Positions 38,335-48,802 of a stretch of 64,000 nt of DNA are shown here, piece by piece. Source of the stretch: an uncultured Candidatus Binatia bacterium (lineage in GTDB: Bacteria > Desulfobacterota > Binatia > UBA9968 > JAJDTQ01); assembly GCA_965215605.1 (NCBI GenBank), contig OZ244070.1, positions 928,001 to 992,000 of the forward strand. The letters are read 5' to 3'. The notes beneath the pieces were generated by a model. The model ran no database searches. It worked only from the letters and a program-made list of their open reading frames with translations, and was not told the origin of the DNA. Within the stretch, counting starts at the first letter, position 1. Each line of letters starts with the position of its first letter. The position numbers and the translations under genes are program-made.

Positions 38335-39636
38335 GTGGGCGTTCGAAGGATCAGCATCGCGTTCTTCTGCACCATGCTGCAGATATGCTTCGGGACCGTT
38401 TATGCCTGGAGCTTCTTTCAGACCATGCTGGTGCACCAGTCCGGCTGGACCCACACGGAGACGGCCTGGGCCTTCAGCATCGCGATCTTCTCTCTCGGCA
38501 CCTCCGCGGCGTGGGCGGGCTCGGCACTGGGACGGCTGGGACCCCGACGGCTGGCTCTCACCGGCAGCCTGATGTTCTCGGGCGGTTACGTGATCGCCGC
38601 CGCGGCGCTGTGGTTGGAGTACCTGCCGCTCTTCTACGTCGGTTACGGCGTCATCGGCGGGGCGGGCATCGGGCTCGGCTACGTGACCCCGGTGGCGACC
38701 GTGGCCAAGTGGTTCCCCGACAAGAAAGGCCTGGTCACCGGCATCGTCGTCATGGGCTTCGGAGTGGGTGCGCTGCTCCTGAGCAAGGGGCTGGCGCCCT
38801 TTCTGGTGGTGCGCACGGAGGGCGAGCTGTCCCTGGTGTTCCTGTGGCTCGGCATCATCTTCGCCGGCATCCTGATTCCCTGCAGCCTGGCATTGAGCGA
38901 TCCCGGGGCCCCGGTGAAGGCGCCGGGCGCGGGCGCGACTGTCGCTGACGCCGGAGAGCCGGACTCCACCCTGCCCTATCTCTCGTCCAGCCAGTTCGTC
39001 ATCATGTGGACCGTTTTCTTCTTCAACATCGCCGCCGGCATCTCCGTCATCAGCTTTCAGTCGGAGCTGCTGCAGGAAGTCTGGGGCCTGGCCGATCCCA
39101 AGGTGGAACCCGCGGTGCTGGCCGAGTACGGCGCCACGCTGATCGCCGCCAGTTCCGTGTGCAACGGCGTGGGGCGGTTGTTCTGGGGCCTGCTGTCCGA
39201 CCGCATCGGCCGGGTCAAGGTGTTCCGAATTCTCCTGGCCAGCCAGATGGTCGTGTTCGGGGTCCTCATGACCGAGGAGAACCCGTGGGTCTTCTCCGTG
39301 CTGGTGTGCTACGTGCTGCTCTGTTTCGGAGGCGGTTTCGCCACCATGCCTCCCTACATTCTGGACGTATTCGGCCCGGAAAAGATGGCGAAGATGTATG
39401 GCGTGGTGCTCACCGCATGGGCCGCCGCAGGCATCTGCGGCCCGCTCTACGTGGGATACCTGAAGGACTCGTACCCGGACCGGGCCGTCATGTACTGCTT
39501 CCTCATCGGGATCCTGATGCTCGGAGCCGGCTACCTGTTCTCGTACCTGCTGAACGACGGACGGCTCCGGCTGGGCCGTCCGACCCTGGAGACCACGCTT
39601 CACCAGTACGGTATTCCGGCAAGGAGCACAGGATGA
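38335..39636 (+). CDS. OFA (oxalate/formate antiporter / L-lactate) family MFS transporter
   Basis: GTVYAWS, GLGYVTPV, KWFPDKKG, GRLFWG.LSDRIGR, GGGFATMP. Confidence 0.9.
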   Translation: MGVRRISIAFFCTMLQICFGTVYAWSFFQTMLVHQSGWTHTETAWAFSIAIFSLGTSAAWAGSALGRLGPRRLALTGSLMFSGGYVIAAAALWLEYLPLFYVGYGVIGGAGIGLGYVTPVATVAKWFPDKKGLVTGIVVMGFGVGALLLSKGLAPFLVVRTEGELSLVFLWLGIIFAGILIPCSLALSDPGAPVKAPGAGATVADAGEPDSTLPYLSSSQFVIMWTVFFFNIAAGISVISFQSELLQEVWGLADPKVEPAVLAEYGATLIAASSVCNGVGRLFWGLLSDRIGRVKVFRILLASQMVVFGVLMTEENPWVFSVLVCYVLLCFGGGFATMPPYILDVFGPEKMAKMYGVVLTAWAAAGICGPLYVGYLKDSYPDRAVMYCFLIGILMLGAGYLFSYLLNDGRLRLGRPTLETTLHQYGIPARSTG

Positions 39637-40262
39637 GGTTCTACGACTGCAGCACCGCGCCGAGCCCCCGCCGGGTGCGCATCTTCATCGCCGAAAAGGG
39701 CCTGGACATCCCCACGGTGCAGGTGGACCTGCGCAAGGGCGAGCATCTCGCCGAAGCCTTCCGCAGCCTCAACCCCTGGTGCACGGTGCCGGTGCTGGAA
39801 CTCGATGACGGCACCGCCATCAGCGAGGCGGTGGCCGTGTGCCGCTACCTGGAGAGCGCCCATCCCGACCCGCCCCTGATGGGTGTGGACGCGCGCGACC
39901 GGGCCGTGGTGGCCATGTGGGAGCACCGCTTCGAGATCGACGGCTTCCTGGCCGTGACCGAAGCCTTCCGCAACCAGGCCCGGGGGCTCGCCGGGAGGGC
40001 GCTGACCGGACCGGGCAACGTCGAGCAGATTCCGGAGCTGGTGACACGGGGGCGCAGACGGGTGGAACGGTTCTTCACCGTCCTCGACGAGCAACTGGCC
40101 CGCCATCCCTTTGTCGCCGGCGAGCGCTACACCATCGCCGACATCACCGCGCAGGTGGCGGTGGACTTCGCGGGCTGGATCAAGATGAGCCTGCCGCCGG
40201 GTCACCGACACGCCGGCGAATGGTATCAGCGGGTCAGCACGCGCCCCAGTGCGGCCGCGTAG
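39633..40262 (+). CDS. Glutathione S-transferase family protein
   Basis: APSPRRVRIF.AEKG, NP..TVPVLELDDG..ISE, TIADI. Confidence 0.9.
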   Translation: MRFYDCSTAPSPRRVRIFIAEKGLDIPTVQVDLRKGEHLAEAFRSLNPWCTVPVLELDDGTAISEAVAVCRYLESAHPDPPLMGVDARDRAVVAMWEHRFEIDGFLAVTEAFRNQARGLAGRALTGPGNVEQIPELVTRGRRRVERFFTVLDEQLARHPFVAGERYTIADITAQVAVDFAGWIKMSLPPGHRHAGEWYQRVSTRPSAAA

Positions 40263-40294
40263 GGTCGTGGGTGCGTGCCGCGGCATCCCCGAGA

Positions 40295-40437
40295 GCGGGG
40301 AGGGCGGCGTCCCGGAAATCTGTTGACGGCCGGCGGACGTGATCCGTGACCCCAATCCGCCACCCGTTTCGCGCGAAGCAGAACAGCCCGACCCCGGCAG
40401 AACCGTCGCCTGATTTCCGGGACGCCGCCCTCCCCGC
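40295..40437. repeat. 143-bp element bounded by perfect 26-bp inverted repeats (MITE/REPIN-like)
   Basis: GCGGGGAGGGCGGCGTCCCGGAAATC (40295-40320) and its reverse complement (40412-40437). Confidence 0.75.
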
Positions 40438-40446
40438 CCGGCTGCC

Positions 40447-41133
40447 TCACGACCCCGGCCAGAGCCCGAAGCTCCTGCCGTCCGGCAGAAACGACTCGAG
40501 GGCCCGGTCCTCGACTCCGGCATCCTTCACGTCTCCGTCGAGGACGCCGAAGAAGAAAATGCGCAGCATCTGCGCGATGAGCGCCCGGAGCGCCGGGTCC
40601 CGGCTGGGATTGTACCAGGTGTAGATCCAGTTCATCATGCCGAACAGAGCCAGCGCCGCCACCCGCGCGTTGAGCTTCTGGATCCCCTCCCGTTGCTGAA
40701 GCTCCTCCACCAGATCCACCAGGACCTTGAGGTAGCGCCGCTTGAGATCCAGGATCCGTTTCGCGTAGTCCGCCGTCAGCGCGGTGTCCTCCCGCGACAT
40801 GACCTTCATCTCGTTCATGTTGTGCAGGAAGAAACCGAGGTGGTTGTGGACGAAAAGCGCGATCTTCTCTTGCGGAGCCCTGTCGGATTCCTGGATCCTG
40901 CGCCCGTTTTCGAGCAGGGTCACGAGGCAGCGCTCCTGTATCAGGCAGAGAAGCTCTTCCTTGGTGCGGAAATAGTAGTAAAGACCGGCGAGGCTCATGC
41001 CCGTGGCGCGGCTGATCTCGCGGATGGAGGTGCCGTCGAATCCCTTCTCCGCGAATATCGTTGCGGCGTGCTCGAGAATCTGCTGCAGCTTTTCGTCGTG
41101 GTGGGTGGTAGACGACCCCGAATCGTTGGGCAT
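40447..41133 (-). CDS. TetR/AcrR family regulator, divergent from paa-like operon
   Basis: FAEKGFDGTSIREI...LYYYFRTKEELL; GMMNWIYTWY. Confidence 0.9.
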   Translation of the reverse strand: MPNDSGSSTTHHDEKLQQILEHAATIFAEKGFDGTSIREISRATGMSLAGLYYYFRTKEELLCLIQERCLVTLLENGRRIQESDRAPQEKIALFVHNHLGFFLHNMNEMKVMSREDTALTADYAKRILDLKRRYLKVLVDLVEELQQREGIQKLNARVAALALFGMMNWIYTWYNPSRDPALRALIAQMLRIFFFGVLDGDVKDAGVEDRALESFLPDGRSFGLWPGS

Positions 41134-41223
41134 CAGCACGGATCTTGTCAGACGGGGACCTTGAAGTCAACGAAACCGCTACGTTGAATCCCCATACCTC
41201 ATGGTGTATAGCTCCCCGGTTAT

Positions 41224-41997
41224 ATGGAGTTCGAAAATATTCTCATCGAGCGCGACGGGGCCGTGGCGATTGCCACGCTCAACCGCCCGAAGCAGCTCAA
41301 CGCCCTGTCCTTCGGGCTATGCAAGGACCTGTGCCTGGCCCTCGAGGAGCTCGACGCGGATGACTCCGTGCGGGCCTTCATCATCACCGGCGGCGAACGC
41401 GCGTTTGCCGCGGGCGCCGACATCAAAGAGATGGTGGACGCCACCCCGTTCGCCGGAACAGGGCATGACCGGCTGGCCTTCAGGGACCGCATCAACCACC
41501 TGTCGAAACCGGTGATCGCCGCGGTGAGCGGCTTTGCGCTGGGAGGCGGCTGCGAGCTGGCCATGAGTTGCGACATCATCATCGCTTCGGAGTCGGCCGT
41601 GTTCGGTCAGCCCGAGGTCAACCTGGGCACCATCCCGGGTTCCGGCGGGACCCAGCGGCTGACCCGCATCGCAGGCAAGCACAAGGCCATGGAGCTGGTG
41701 CTCACCGGCCGCTTCATGGACGCCGCGGAAGCGGCGCGGTGCGGCCTGGTGAACAAGGTCGTGCCGGTGGAAGTGCTGCTCGACGAGGCCAGGGCCATGG
41801 CCCGGACCATCGCCGCCAAGCCGCCCCTCGCCATCCGTTTGGCCAAGGAAGCCATCCTCAAGGCCGCCAACGCGCCTCTGGACGAAGGGCTGGCATTCGA
41901 ACGCAAGTCCTTCTGCATGCTGTTCGCGTCGGAGGACCGGAGAGAGGGCATGCAGGCGTTCCTCGACAAGCGCAAGCCCGAGTTCAAGGGAAAATGA
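41224..41997 (+). CDS. paaF: Enoyl-CoA hydratase (PaaF-like)
   Basis: FAAGADIKEM, GGGCELA, GQPEVNLG, GGTQRL; operon context. Confidence 0.85.
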   Translation: MEFENILIERDGAVAIATLNRPKQLNALSFGLCKDLCLALEELDADDSVRAFIITGGERAFAAGADIKEMVDATPFAGTGHDRLAFRDRINHLSKPVIAAVSGFALGGGCELAMSCDIIIASESAVFGQPEVNLGTIPGSGGTQRLTRIAGKHKAMELVLTGRFMDAAEAARCGLVNKVVPVEVLLDEARAMARTIAAKPPLAIRLAKEAILKAANAPLDEGLAFERKSFCMLFASEDRREGMQAFLDKRKPEFKGK

Positions 41998-42776
41998 GCT
42001 ACGAAACGATTCTCTATGAAAAGCGGGACGGGGTCGCCACCATCACCCTGAACCGGCCCGAGGCGCTCAACGCGTTCACCGCGCAGATGAACCGGGAGCT
42101 TCTGGATGCCCTCAAGGACGGCAACCGGGACAAGGCGGTCCGCTGCTTCGTCCTCACCGGCGCCGGCGACCGGGCCTTCTGCGCCGGACAGGATCTCAAG
42201 GAGCGTTCGCCGGACCGGAAGGGCTCGCTGGGGGAATCTCTGAGGTCGCGCTACAACCCCATCATCCTCGCCATCCGCCGCACCGAGAAGATCGTGCTCT
42301 GCGCCGTGAACGGCGTGGCGGCGGGTGCGGGGTGCAACCTGACCCTGGCCTGCGACCTGCGCATCGCCTCGGACAACGCGCGCTTCATCGAGGCCTTCGT
42401 GCGCGTGGGTCTCGGCCCGGACTGCGGCGGCAGCTACTTCATGCCGCGGCTCATCGGGCTCGGCAAGGCCACCGAACTGTTCCTGCTGGGAGAACCCCTG
42501 GGCGCCGAGGAAGCGCTCCGCTACGGGCTGGTGACCAAGGTCGTTCCTTCGGCGGAGCTGGCGGCGGAAACCCGGGCCATGGCGGAAAGACTGGCGCGCG
42601 GACCGCGCAGCGCGGGGCTGATCAAGAGGACGCTCAACCGGTCCATGTACGCCGAGCTCGAAGCGCAGCTCGAATACGAGGCCTGCACCCAGGAGATCGC
42701 CGGCCGCACCGCCGACTACGACGAAGGGGTCCGCGCCTTCACGGAGAAGCGGACCCCGGCGTTCAAGGGGGAGTAG
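41994..42776 (+). CDS. paaG: Crotonase-family isomerase (PaaG-like)
   Basis: [31 protein letters not shown]. Confidence 0.82.
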   Translation: MSYETILYEKRDGVATITLNRPEALNAFTAQMNRELLDALKDGNRDKAVRCFVLTGAGDRAFCAGQDLKERSPDRKGSLGESLRSRYNPIILAIRRTEKIVLCAVNGVAAGAGCNLTLACDLRIASDNARFIEAFVRVGLGPDCGGSYFMPRLIGLGKATELFLLGEPLGAEEALRYGLVTKVVPSAELAAETRAMAERLARGPRSAGLIKRTLNRSMYAELEAQLEYEACTQEIAGRTADYDEGVRAFTEKRTPAFKGE

Positions 42777-42814
42777 GCTCCGAAGAAACCCGCGGGCTCT
42801 CCGGGAAATCGATC

Positions 42815-43672
42815 ATGGTCAACGAGAACAAGATCGGGGTGATCGGCGCCGGCACTATGGGCGCCGGCATCGCCCAAGTGGCCGTTCAGGGCGGCTTCGA
42901 GGCGGTGGTGTACGATGTCTCCCAGAATTTCCTCGACCGCGGCCTGGAGAGGACCCGCGGGTTCATCGGCCGCAGCCGGGAGAAGGGCAGCATCGACAAG
43001 GCCGAGGAGGGGCGCATTCTCTCGCGCCTCACCGGCTCACTGGCCGTGGAAGCCCTCGGGGACGCTGCCCTCGTCATCGAAGCGGCCACCGAAAACCTGC
43101 AGGTCAAGCGGGAGCTGTTCCAGAAGCTGGACGCCGCCTGCGCCGCGGAAACGCTGCTGGCCACCAACACGTCGTCCTTGTCGGTGACGGCCATCGGCGG
43201 CGCGGTCCGGGACGCCTCCCGGGTGCTGGGCATGCACTTCTTCAATCCGGCGCCGCTCATGGGACTGGTAGAGGTGGTGCAGGGCGAGCTCACCAGCGCC
43301 GCCACGGTCGGCAAGGCCTCGGACATCGCCAGGAGGTTCGGCAAGACGCCCGTACGCGCCAAGGACACGCCGGGATTCATCGTCAACCGCATCGCCCGGC
43401 CGTTCTACAACGAGGCCCTGCGAATCGTGGGCGACGGCGGCGTCGGGGTGGAGACGGTGGACCGGGTCATGAGGGAATCCGGCGGTTTCCGCATGGGCCC
43501 CTTCGAGCTTCAGGACCTGATCGGCATCGATATCAACTTCACCGCCACGGAGACCCTCTACCGGGCGTTCTTCGAAGACCCGCGTTTCCGGCCGAGTCCG
43601 TTGCAGCAGAAGCTGTACCTGGCCGGACACCTCGGACGAAAGACCGGGAAAGGTTTCTACAGCTATGAATAG
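42815..43672 (+). CDS. paaH: 3-hydroxyacyl-CoA dehydrogenase (PaaH N-terminal unit)
   Basis: [45 protein letters not shown]. Confidence 0.85.
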   Translation: MVNENKIGVIGAGTMGAGIAQVAVQGGFEAVVYDVSQNFLDRGLERTRGFIGRSREKGSIDKAEEGRILSRLTGSLAVEALGDAALVIEAATENLQVKRELFQKLDAACAAETLLATNTSSLSVTAIGGAVRDASRVLGMHFFNPAPLMGLVEVVQGELTSAATVGKASDIARRFGKTPVRAKDTPGFIVNRIARPFYNEALRIVGDGGVGVETVDRVMRESGGFRMGPFELQDLIGIDINFTATETLYRAFFEDPRFRPSPLQQKLYLAGHLGRKTGKGFYSYE

Positions 43673-44408
43673 CGTGGCGATCCTCGGCGCCAACCGCCTG
43701 GCGGAGGACTGGCACCGGCTGGCCACGGACAAGGGGCTCGCCGCGGCTCGGTACGCCCGCGCCGCCGAGGTGGACCCTGCCACCGAGGTGGTGGTGGACA
43801 CCCTGGCCCACGGGCGCGAACGGAAGCGGCTGCTGCTGGAAGAGCTCGACGCCGCGGCGCCGGGAGCGGCGGTGGTCCTGAGCTCATGCGTCCGTTGGTC
43901 CGCCACCACCATTGCCTGCTGGAGCCGCCGGCCCGAGCGGGTGGTCGGTTTCGCCACCTTCCACCCGTTGGCGCCGCGGAACCTCATCGAGCTGGCCCGG
44001 GGGCTCGACACCGGCGAGGAAGCCTTCCGGGCGGCCGAATCCCTGGTGCACAGCCTCGGCAAGGAGAGCGCCGAGGTCAAGGACGCTCCCGGCCTGGTGT
44101 TCCCGCGGATCCTGAGCCTCATCATCAACGAGGCCGCGCGCAGCCTGGACGAGGGCATCGCCACCGCCGAGGAGATAGACATCGCCCTGAGGCTCGGCAC
44201 CAACTATCCCCAGGGGCCGTTACGCTGGGCCGACGAGATCGGCCTCGACGAGGTGCTCGCGGTCATCGAGGGACTCGAGGAAGAGACTGGCGACGACCGC
44301 TACCGGCCCGCGCCCCTGTTGAGGAAGCTGGTCGCGTCCGGACGTCTCGGCGAGACCACGGGGCGCGGGTTCTACGACCACGGGGAAAAGGGCGATGCCG
44401 CTCCTTGA
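43665..44408 (+). CDS. 3-hydroxyacyl-CoA dehydrogenase C-terminal-like unit (degenerate NAD-binding domain)
   Basis: IINEA, ID.A.RLGTNYP.GPL, RYRP; GxGxxG absent. Confidence 0.8.
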   Translation: MNSVAILGANRLAEDWHRLATDKGLAAARYARAAEVDPATEVVVDTLAHGRERKRLLLEELDAAAPGAAVVLSSCVRWSATTIACWSRRPERVVGFATFHPLAPRNLIELARGLDTGEEAFRAAESLVHSLGKESAEVKDAPGLVFPRILSLIINEAARSLDEGIATAEEIDIALRLGTNYPQGPLRWADEIGLDEVLAVIEGLEEETGDDRYRPAPLLRKLVASGRLGETTGRGFYDHGEKGDAAP

Positions 44409-44478
44409 CCCGGGTCCCGGGATATTGGAAGATCAGGTCTGAAACGCGGCGTCCACGCCGCAGCAGGAAAGGCGCATC

Positions 44479-45681
44479 ATGCCCGAAGCCGTCATCGTCG
44501 ACGCCGCCCGCACCCCGATGGGGCGCTACGGAGGGATTCTCAAGGACATCCGACCGGATGATCTGGCGGCGCAAATCATCGACAAGCTCGTCGCCCGCAA
44601 CGGCATCGACAGGGAAACCATCGAGGACGTGATCCTGGGATGCACCAACCAGGCCGGAGAAGACTGCCGCAACGTGGCCCGCAACGCTTCCCTGCTGGCG
44701 GGCATTCCGGACTCGGTGCCCGGCGCCACCGTGAACCGCCTCTGCGGTTCCGGACTGGAAGCGGTCAACCAGGCCGGGCGGGCGGTAGGGGCCGAGGAGG
44801 GCGACCTGTTCGTGGCGGGCGGCGTCGAGTTGATGACCCGCGCGCCGCTCGTCATGCCCAAGGGGGGCGCCCCGTTCGCCCGCGGCGACGTCACGGTCTA
44901 CGACAGCGTGCTCGGGTGGCGTTTCCCGAACCCCCGCATGGGTGAGCTGTACCCGCTCATCAGCCTGGGCGAAACCGCCGAGAACGTGGCGGAGAAGTAC
45001 GCCGTCACCCGCGAACAACAGGACGCCTTCGGCTTCAAGAGCCACCGCAACGCGGTGGCGGCCCAGGAGGCGGGGCGGCTGGGCGATGAGATCATTGCCG
45101 TGGCCGTGCCGCAGCGGCGCGGCGACCCGGTGGTCCACAACCGCGATGAAGGTCCCCGGCCGGACACCAGCCTGGAACAACTCGCCGCCCTGAGGCCCGC
45201 CTTCGTCAAGAACGGCACGGTGACGGCGGGCAACTCCTCGCCGCTGTCCGACGGCGCCGCGGCGCTGATCGTGACTTCCCGCGAGAAGGCGGAGGCCCTG
45301 AAGCTCAAGCCCTTGGTCCGGATCGTCGCTTCGGCGGTGGCGGGAGTGGATCCTGCCTTCATGGGCATCGGCCCCGTCCCGGCAAGCCGAAAAGCGCTCA
45401 AACGGGCCGGGCTGACCGCCGACCAGCTCGACCTGGTCGAGTTGAACGAAGCCTTCGCCTCCCAGTCGCTGGCATGCGTCAGGGAACTCGACCTGGATCC
45501 GGACAAGGTCAACGTCAACGGCGGCGCCATCGCCCTCGGACACCCTTTGGGTTGCAGCGGCGCCAGGATCATGACAACGTTGATCCATGAGATGAAACGG
45601 CGCGGCAGCCGCTACGGCATGGCCACCATGTGCATCGGCGTGGGACAGGGCATCGCAACCGTGGTGGAACGGGCCGGCTAG
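44479..45681 (+). CDS. Thiolase (PaaJ/PcaF-like)
   Basis: NQAGED.RNVAR, NRLCGSG, NEAFA, GHPLG, CIGVGQG. Confidence 0.92.
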   Translation: MPEAVIVDAARTPMGRYGGILKDIRPDDLAAQIIDKLVARNGIDRETIEDVILGCTNQAGEDCRNVARNASLLAGIPDSVPGATVNRLCGSGLEAVNQAGRAVGAEEGDLFVAGGVELMTRAPLVMPKGGAPFARGDVTVYDSVLGWRFPNPRMGELYPLISLGETAENVAEKYAVTREQQDAFGFKSHRNAVAAQEAGRLGDEIIAVAVPQRRGDPVVHNRDEGPRPDTSLEQLAALRPAFVKNGTVTAGNSSPLSDGAAALIVTSREKAEALKLKPLVRIVASAVAGVDPAFMGIGPVPASRKALKRAGLTADQLDLVELNEAFASQSLACVRELDLDPDKVNVNGGAIALGHPLGCSGARIMTTLIHEMKRRGSRYGMATMCIGVGQGIATVVERAG

Positions 45682-45827
45682 CCGCCCAAGCCGGGGCCAT
45701 TGGTCGATTGAACTCAACATATGTGGTGGCAACATAACAGGGAATGCATATATTGTGGTCTGTTAGACGCCCGCTCCTCGAGTGGAACAGGGTTTCATTC
45801 AGGAGGTAGGCGGGAAGACCTCGAGAA

Positions 45828-48449
45828 ATGAAAAGCAAGGTATCCAGGCTCCTGGTTCTCCTGTCGCTCACGGTGGTGCTGGCGGTGGCGGCGGTGGTGG
45901 GGCTGGAAGCGCTGCTGGACAACCGCAAGGAAATGATACGCTGGCAGATGGCAGATGCCATCGGCCGCGCGGTGACCTTCGACGCCGTCCACCTGAGTTT
46001 TCTCCAACACCCCGGAAGCCTCGGCATTACGTTGACCGACTTGCGTGTCGCCGACGACCCCCGGTTCGCGGCCACTCCGTTGATCCATGCAAGCCAGACC
46101 ACCATTTCACTGGGGTGGCTGTCGCTTTTCACCGGCAATCCCACCATCTCCCACATCGTCCTCAACCAGCCCGAGATTCAGGTCATCCGTAACGAGTACG
46201 GCGATGTCAATATTCTCACACCGGCGCAGCCGCTGAACTCGGGCTTCCAGTCGGTCCACGGCGCCGGCACCACGGTGAGCGCCACCGGCGGAAAGCTCTA
46301 TTTCATCGACCGATCATCCGACAAACCCGAAGAGTTGCGCCTCCACAACATCGACGTGGCGCTCTCATCGTCGGGCGGACGGCGCGTCAACGTTGATCTT
46401 TCCGGGACCCTCACCCCGGACGGCGGGCAACCGTTCTCCGTGACCGGTACCGTGGGCACGTCGCGGCCGCTGTCGAAGTGGACCGAGAACCCGGTGGATC
46501 TCGAGTTGCGCGCGGAAACCCTGCCGAACGTGTTTGCCGCTCGCGGATGGAAGCTGCTGGAAAAGCACCTCCCCGGCTACCTCCGTCCCTCCGCGCCTCT
46601 GGCCGTAAGCACTCGTGTGTCCGGCCGCTTGGCCAGGCCGCGGCTGTCGCGGATGCGGGTCACCGGCAGCCTGTTCGGCGCCGCCGCCGACAACGCCACC
46701 TTCACCGGCGAAGTGGACTTTTCCAAGGCGGCGGCGTGGAACGAGGGCCGCATCAAGGCGGAGTTGCAACTGAGCCCGGTGACGCTGGACCAACTCAGGC
46801 AGATCCCTTGGGCGAACCGCGTGTTGCCGGCGGCGCTGGTGGTCCACAAGCCCCTGAACTTGGCCAACGTCGTCGAGGGTCGGCTCGACGACCTGAAGAT
46901 TCACACCTCGGTGACGGTGGATGCCAATGCGATCCAGTACGGCAAGTGGTTTCACAAGCCGCCCGGGGTGACGGCCCGTTTGGCCATGGCCATGCGGGTA
47001 CGCAAGAACCAACTGCTCATCCACCCGTCCGAAGCGAGGCTTCACACCGGAACGGTCGCGTTCTCGGGTTCCATCCACCAGCAGCCGGAACAGGTGGTGC
47101 GGCTGCGGGTGAAGACCGCCGACCTGCCGCTGGCGGGATGGCAGGCGCTGGTACCCGCGGGCGCGGGCTACAAGCTCGACGGCACCGTGAACGCCGACTT
47201 CACCTTGCGGCGGCAGTCGGCTCCACGGAACGAACCGCCGACGATCACGGGCAGCCTCCGGTTGGCCGGCATCAACGTCATCGGCCCGCCGGGGAAGCAC
47301 AGGACGATCCAGGGGCTCCAGGGTGAGCTGGAGTTCCGCGGCAGGGACATCGAGATCCGAAACATCCAGTTGAGGTCGGGGTTGTCGGACCTCCGGCTGC
47401 AGGGGCTGCTGACGGACCTGAACCGCCCCACCCTCCACTACAGCGTGCAGTCCAACCTGTTGAATCTCGCCGACGTGACCGGAGACGCGGCGTACCGGGC
47501 GGACTCCTTGAGCAATCTGGTGAGCGAAGGGTCCGCGGAGTTCACCGAGGGCGTCCTGGCGTTCAAGGGCCATCTTGCCTCCAGCAACGGGCGCCTGAAG
47601 GGGGTTCCATACCACAACCTTCGCGGGAACGTACGCTGGAACGGGACCGGCGTGAAGGTCGACGGGCTGGACGTTGAAGCGCTGGGCGGCAGGGTCCGCG
47701 GCGAGGGCGCGTTCACGAACCGCGACGGCAAGGGCTTCGAGGTCGAGTTGAACCCGGCAGTGGAGTCCCTGGAACTGGGGAACCTTCTGGCCCAGTTCCC
47801 GCTCGAGCCGGCGGAGCCTGTCAACGGACGCCTGAACCTGGAAGGCCGATTCAGGAGTTCCGGAAAGGACTGGCCGTCCGTGGTCCGCAACCTCGGCGGA
47901 CGAGGCCGTTTCAGCCTGGACAAGGGGGTCCTGGCCAACTTCAATCCTGTCCGCCGGGTGCTGGAGGCCATGGATGCCGTGGAAGGCATCGACCGAATCG
48001 ATGCCGCCGGTCCCGCTTTCATCTCCCTGGTCCGCGACGACCGGGCTTCCTTCGACAGGGCCGAGGGCACGTTCACCGTTGACGACGGCCGGGTCCGGAG
48101 CAGCAATCTGCGGCTGATCGCCGACGAGTACAGTATCGTCGGAAGAGGCTGGGCGGACCGTGACGGCGGCGTGGATCTGCAGGGGACCCTTGTCCTCTCG
48201 TCCGAGTTCTCCCGCGACCTGAGCGGACGCTACCGCAATGTCCGCTACCTCTTCGATGCCGACGGCATCAGCCTGCCTTTCCGGCTGGCCGGACGCATCC
48301 CCGACGTGACCGCTCGACCCAACGTCGCGCAGATCACCCGTTACATGTACGACAAGCTCGCGGAAGAGAGGCCGCCGCGGCGCGACCGTGACGGCGGCTT
48401 CAGCCTGTGGAAGCGATTGGAACGGGGTTTCCGGGAGATGCTGCGCTGA
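45828..48449 (+). CDS. AsmA family protein
   Basis: N-terminal anchor, IGRAVT, IADDP-like motif, beta-rich repeats, C-terminal AsmA-like region. Confidence 0.75.
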   Translation: MKSKVSRLLVLLSLTVVLAVAAVVGLEALLDNRKEMIRWQMADAIGRAVTFDAVHLSFLQHPGSLGITLTDLRVADDPRFAATPLIHASQTTISLGWLSLFTGNPTISHIVLNQPEIQVIRNEYGDVNILTPAQPLNSGFQSVHGAGTTVSATGGKLYFIDRSSDKPEELRLHNIDVALSSSGGRRVNVDLSGTLTPDGGQPFSVTGTVGTSRPLSKWTENPVDLELRAETLPNVFAARGWKLLEKHLPGYLRPSAPLAVSTRVSGRLARPRLSRMRVTGSLFGAAADNATFTGEVDFSKAAAWNEGRIKAELQLSPVTLDQLRQIPWANRVLPAALVVHKPLNLANVVEGRLDDLKIHTSVTVDANAIQYGKWFHKPPGVTARLAMAMRVRKNQLLIHPSEARLHTGTVAFSGSIHQQPEQVVRLRVKTADLPLAGWQALVPAGAGYKLDGTVNADFTLRRQSAPRNEPPTITGSLRLAGINVIGPPGKHRTIQGLQGELEFRGRDIEIRNIQLRSGLSDLRLQGLLTDLNRPTLHYSVQSNLLNLADVTGDAAYRADSLSNLVSEGSAEFTEGVLAFKGHLASSNGRLKGVPYHNLRGNVRWNGTGVKVDGLDVEALGGRVRGEGAFTNRDGKGFEVELNPAVESLELGNLLAQFPLEPAEPVNGRLNLEGRFRSSGKDWPSVVRNLGGRGRFSLDKGVLANFNPVRRVLEAMDAVEGIDRIDAAGPAFISLVRDDRASFDRAEGTFTVDDGRVRSSNLRLIADEYSIVGRGWADRDGGVDLQGTLVLSSEFSRDLSGRYRNVRYLFDADGISLPFRLAGRIPDVTARPNVAQITRYMYDKLAEERPPRRDRDGGFSLWKRLERGFREMLR

Positions 48450-48514
48450 CCGTCTCGACTCCCCTCCCCGAGTCTCTTTCGCGCCGCCGCAACGGCAACC
48501 CTTTCTTTGGACAC

Positions 48515-48802
48515 ATGGAGCACCACGAGATCTATCTCCATGTACGCCGGCAGGACATCGCGTACATCAAGTTCATCGTGGAATCCTATGAACTGCTCGG
48601 CATCATCCGCACCGTGGACCCCGAGAAGACGGTCATCGTCCTGCTGGTGCTGGAGGACTCCCTGACCCTGGCCCGCGAGGTACTGGCCGCCTTGGCCGAT
48701 GAAGTGGACATGAAGGAGGTCCCCCGGCCCGCTGGCCTCGGCGGCGACTGGCTTCTTGGCGAGCTCGCCATGCCCGAGCGGGACGCCGGCGAAGAAACGT
48801 AA
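48515..48802 (+). CDS. DUF4911 family protein
   Basis: DIAYIKFIVESYE.LG.IRTVD. Confidence 0.75.
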   Translation: MEHHEIYLHVRRQDIAYIKFIVESYELLGIIRTVDPEKTVIVLLVLEDSLTLAREVLAALADEVDMKEVPRPAGLGGDWLLGELAMPERDAGEET

